64,000 nt of DNA, from positions 13,330,001 to 13,394,000 of the forward strand of contig OY740818.1 in NCBI GenBank assembly GCA_963514005.1, given 5' to 3'. Both the position numbers and the translations under genes were made by a program. Position 1 is the stretch's first letter. Every line of letters starts with the position of its first letter. The notes under the pieces were generated by a model. It saw only the letters and a program-made list of their open reading frames with translations. It was not told the origin of the DNA and ran no database searches. This DNA comes from Raja brachyura. Its lineage: Eukaryota. This document shows positions 62,026-64,000 of this stretch, piece after piece.

Positions 62026-63231
62026 GGTTCTGTAAGTTGTTTCCTTGCATTTGTGCCCAGTTACTCGTGCACCCTTTAAATCCATTGATGTAACTGTTGA
62101 ATATAAAGCCCTGATCACAACAGCTTCATTCAGGAATACATTTTACAGTTATATCTAGGGTGCAAATGCTGCCTATCATCAGCAAACCACATGTGTCCAA
62201 GTGGATGTTCCATCTCGGCTTTCTTTCAATATCCCCATCGTCAATGAACCCAGTCTTGCCAATTTGCTTCACAACATATTTTATCAAGAAACCGCAAAGA
62301 GTAATGGATTCCACAAAGGCTCTGGAATCGGATACCATTTTGGCACTCAGTTCTGAAGAGTTTCTACAAACTACCTACACCTCTGTCTGAGCCATCCGGT
62401 ACAGCAAAACAAAACTAACCCCTAAAACTGCCTAAAGCTACCCCAGTATTTTCTTCACAAATCCACTCACACTAGTTACCACCTCATCAATCTAGAAGTC
62501 ATCATCAGCAAAAGTGTTGGAGGTTTTCAGCAACAGTGCTGTAAAGTATCGCTGATATCCTCCTTGCCAATGGGTTTGGATTTATCCAAGGCTATTTGGT
62601 TCCTGACCTCCATGAAGTCTTGATGCAAACACAGGCAAAAGAGCTAAATTCTGGATAGATGAATGACTATCCTTAATGTCAGGTAACAGCTGTCTAAATG
62701 TGGTGAATGTAAAACTCATCTTGGAGAGAATTGAGGGGGTGCTTTGCATTGACTGAGGTCATGACACGTAATGATTCTCATGTATGGAGCTCCACCATCT
62801 CTGAGTCAATCTGCATGGAAAAGGGCCTGAGTCGGCCATGCCAATCTCAACTCCAGTCATTGCAGGAGCTCCAAAGGCCAGTTGCCTGAACCTAACTGAG
62901 CTGCAGCAGCTGCACAATGTCTATACCCAAAGACAAGATGTTTGCTGATCACAGTTCCTCAGCAACTAGAGCAGCCCACACATCTCTGCAGGAAGATCAT
63001 ATTCAGACTATAAGTAAGTGACAATTTAATGCTAGGTGATAACTAAATCCATATGGAGTTTTCAGCCTTCAACATCCTGAATATCCCTAGGTCATACATA
63101 ACTCTCTCCCTGAACATATAAGCTATCCAGGTTGCATAATCAAAAGATGATGGTTTATTGTCCATTTGCCCAAGTGCATACATCTCTATTAATATAAGAA
63201 CCGTGACACCAACCAAGACCAATTCATTGCC

Positions 63232-63402
63232 ATAGGCGGCTGTGGAAGCCAAGTCAATGGATATTTTTACGGCGGAGTTTGACAGAGTCTTGATTGGTAC
63301 GGGTATCAGGGATTATGAGGCGAAGGCAGGAGAATGGGGCCGAGAGGGAAAAATAGGTCATCCATGATTGAATGGCCTTGTTCTGCTCCTAGAACGTATG
63401 AA
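63232..63402 (+). mobile_element. CR1 3' tail
   Basis: gctgtggaagccaagtcaatggatatttt...gaaggcaggagaatgggg...ccatgattgaatggc. Confidence 0.75.
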
Positions 63403-63512
63403 CTAATCTTGTTGCTTCTCATACCTTTAGGTTGACCACTTTGGGGCAATGCAAGATAATGGTGTAATGGGGTTTGTCAGAGGCTCTCATTGATCAAACA
63501 ATAAGAAAATAC

Positions 63513-63662
63513 CAGGTAGACAAAAGTGCTGGAGAAACTCAGCGGGTGAGGCAGCATCTATGGAGCGAAGGAAATAGACAACGTTTCGGGCCAAAACCCT
63601 TCTTCAGACTGAAGACTTGTCTTGTCTACCTTTGATTTTCCGGCATCTGCAGATCCTTCTTG
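63513..63662. mobile_element. Penelope-derived insert with 5' inversion
   Basis: Perfect 16-bp TSD aacaataagaaaatac (63497-63512, 63663-63678); 63513-63611 antisense, ~63621-63662 sense. Confidence 0.85.
63580..63607 (-). ncRNA. Minimal hammerhead ribozyme motif (Penelope type), intact core
   Basis: Minus strand CTGAAGA A GGGT-TTTG-GCCC GAAA C GTT. Confidence 0.6.
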
Positions 63663-64000
63663 AACAATAAGAAAATACTCAAAGAACTCTGCAGTGTGAG
63701 GAGAAAAACTAAACCTACTCATTGTAAACTCTTGGTTACAGGTTTTTTTCCCCCAAATCTAAAAAAAGATTTTTGAGCCAAAACATGAATTCAATTTCTG
63801 TCCACAGATACTGCCTGATTTGCTATTTTCAACCATATTTATTTGGGATTTTCTCCAGTTGATAAAGTTTTTTTCTTGAATCTATTGTGCACAGGACTGG
63901 TTTGAGCACAATGGATTGAGCGTGTTCATCACCATGGAGATGCAGCAGAAACTGACCCTACCTATTGCCTGCACACAGGACAACCACTAATTATATTACA

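Noticed and set aside
1-64000. The many 60-160 aa ORFs in the track as genes
   Set aside because: Apart from WAPL exon read-throughs and transposon fragments, they have no recognisable motifs and are the size expected by chance.

Overview
Vertebrate genomic DNA, very probably from a cartilaginous fish (skate, ray or shark), judged from the HE1-type V-SINEs, Deu-domain SINEs and the CR1/Penelope repeat content. The window holds the last 14 coding exons of WAPL (cohesin release factor) on the + strand, 3242-53947. All have GT-AG junctions with consistent phases and join into 607 codons plus stop. About 8 kb with no repeats I can recognise follows and is probably a long 3' UTR. The introns are packed with CR1, Rex1/Babar-like and Penelope-like retroelements, V-SINEs, and PIF/Harbinger- and hAT-type MITEs. 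Most notable are two copies of a ~140-bp TSD-flanked retroposon whose 5' end is exactly G1 of a compact HDV/CPEB3-like ribozyme fold. There are also many short Penelope-derived inserts carrying a minimal hammerhead motif. All repeat family names come from recognition by eye, and repeat boundaries without a stated TSD are approximate.
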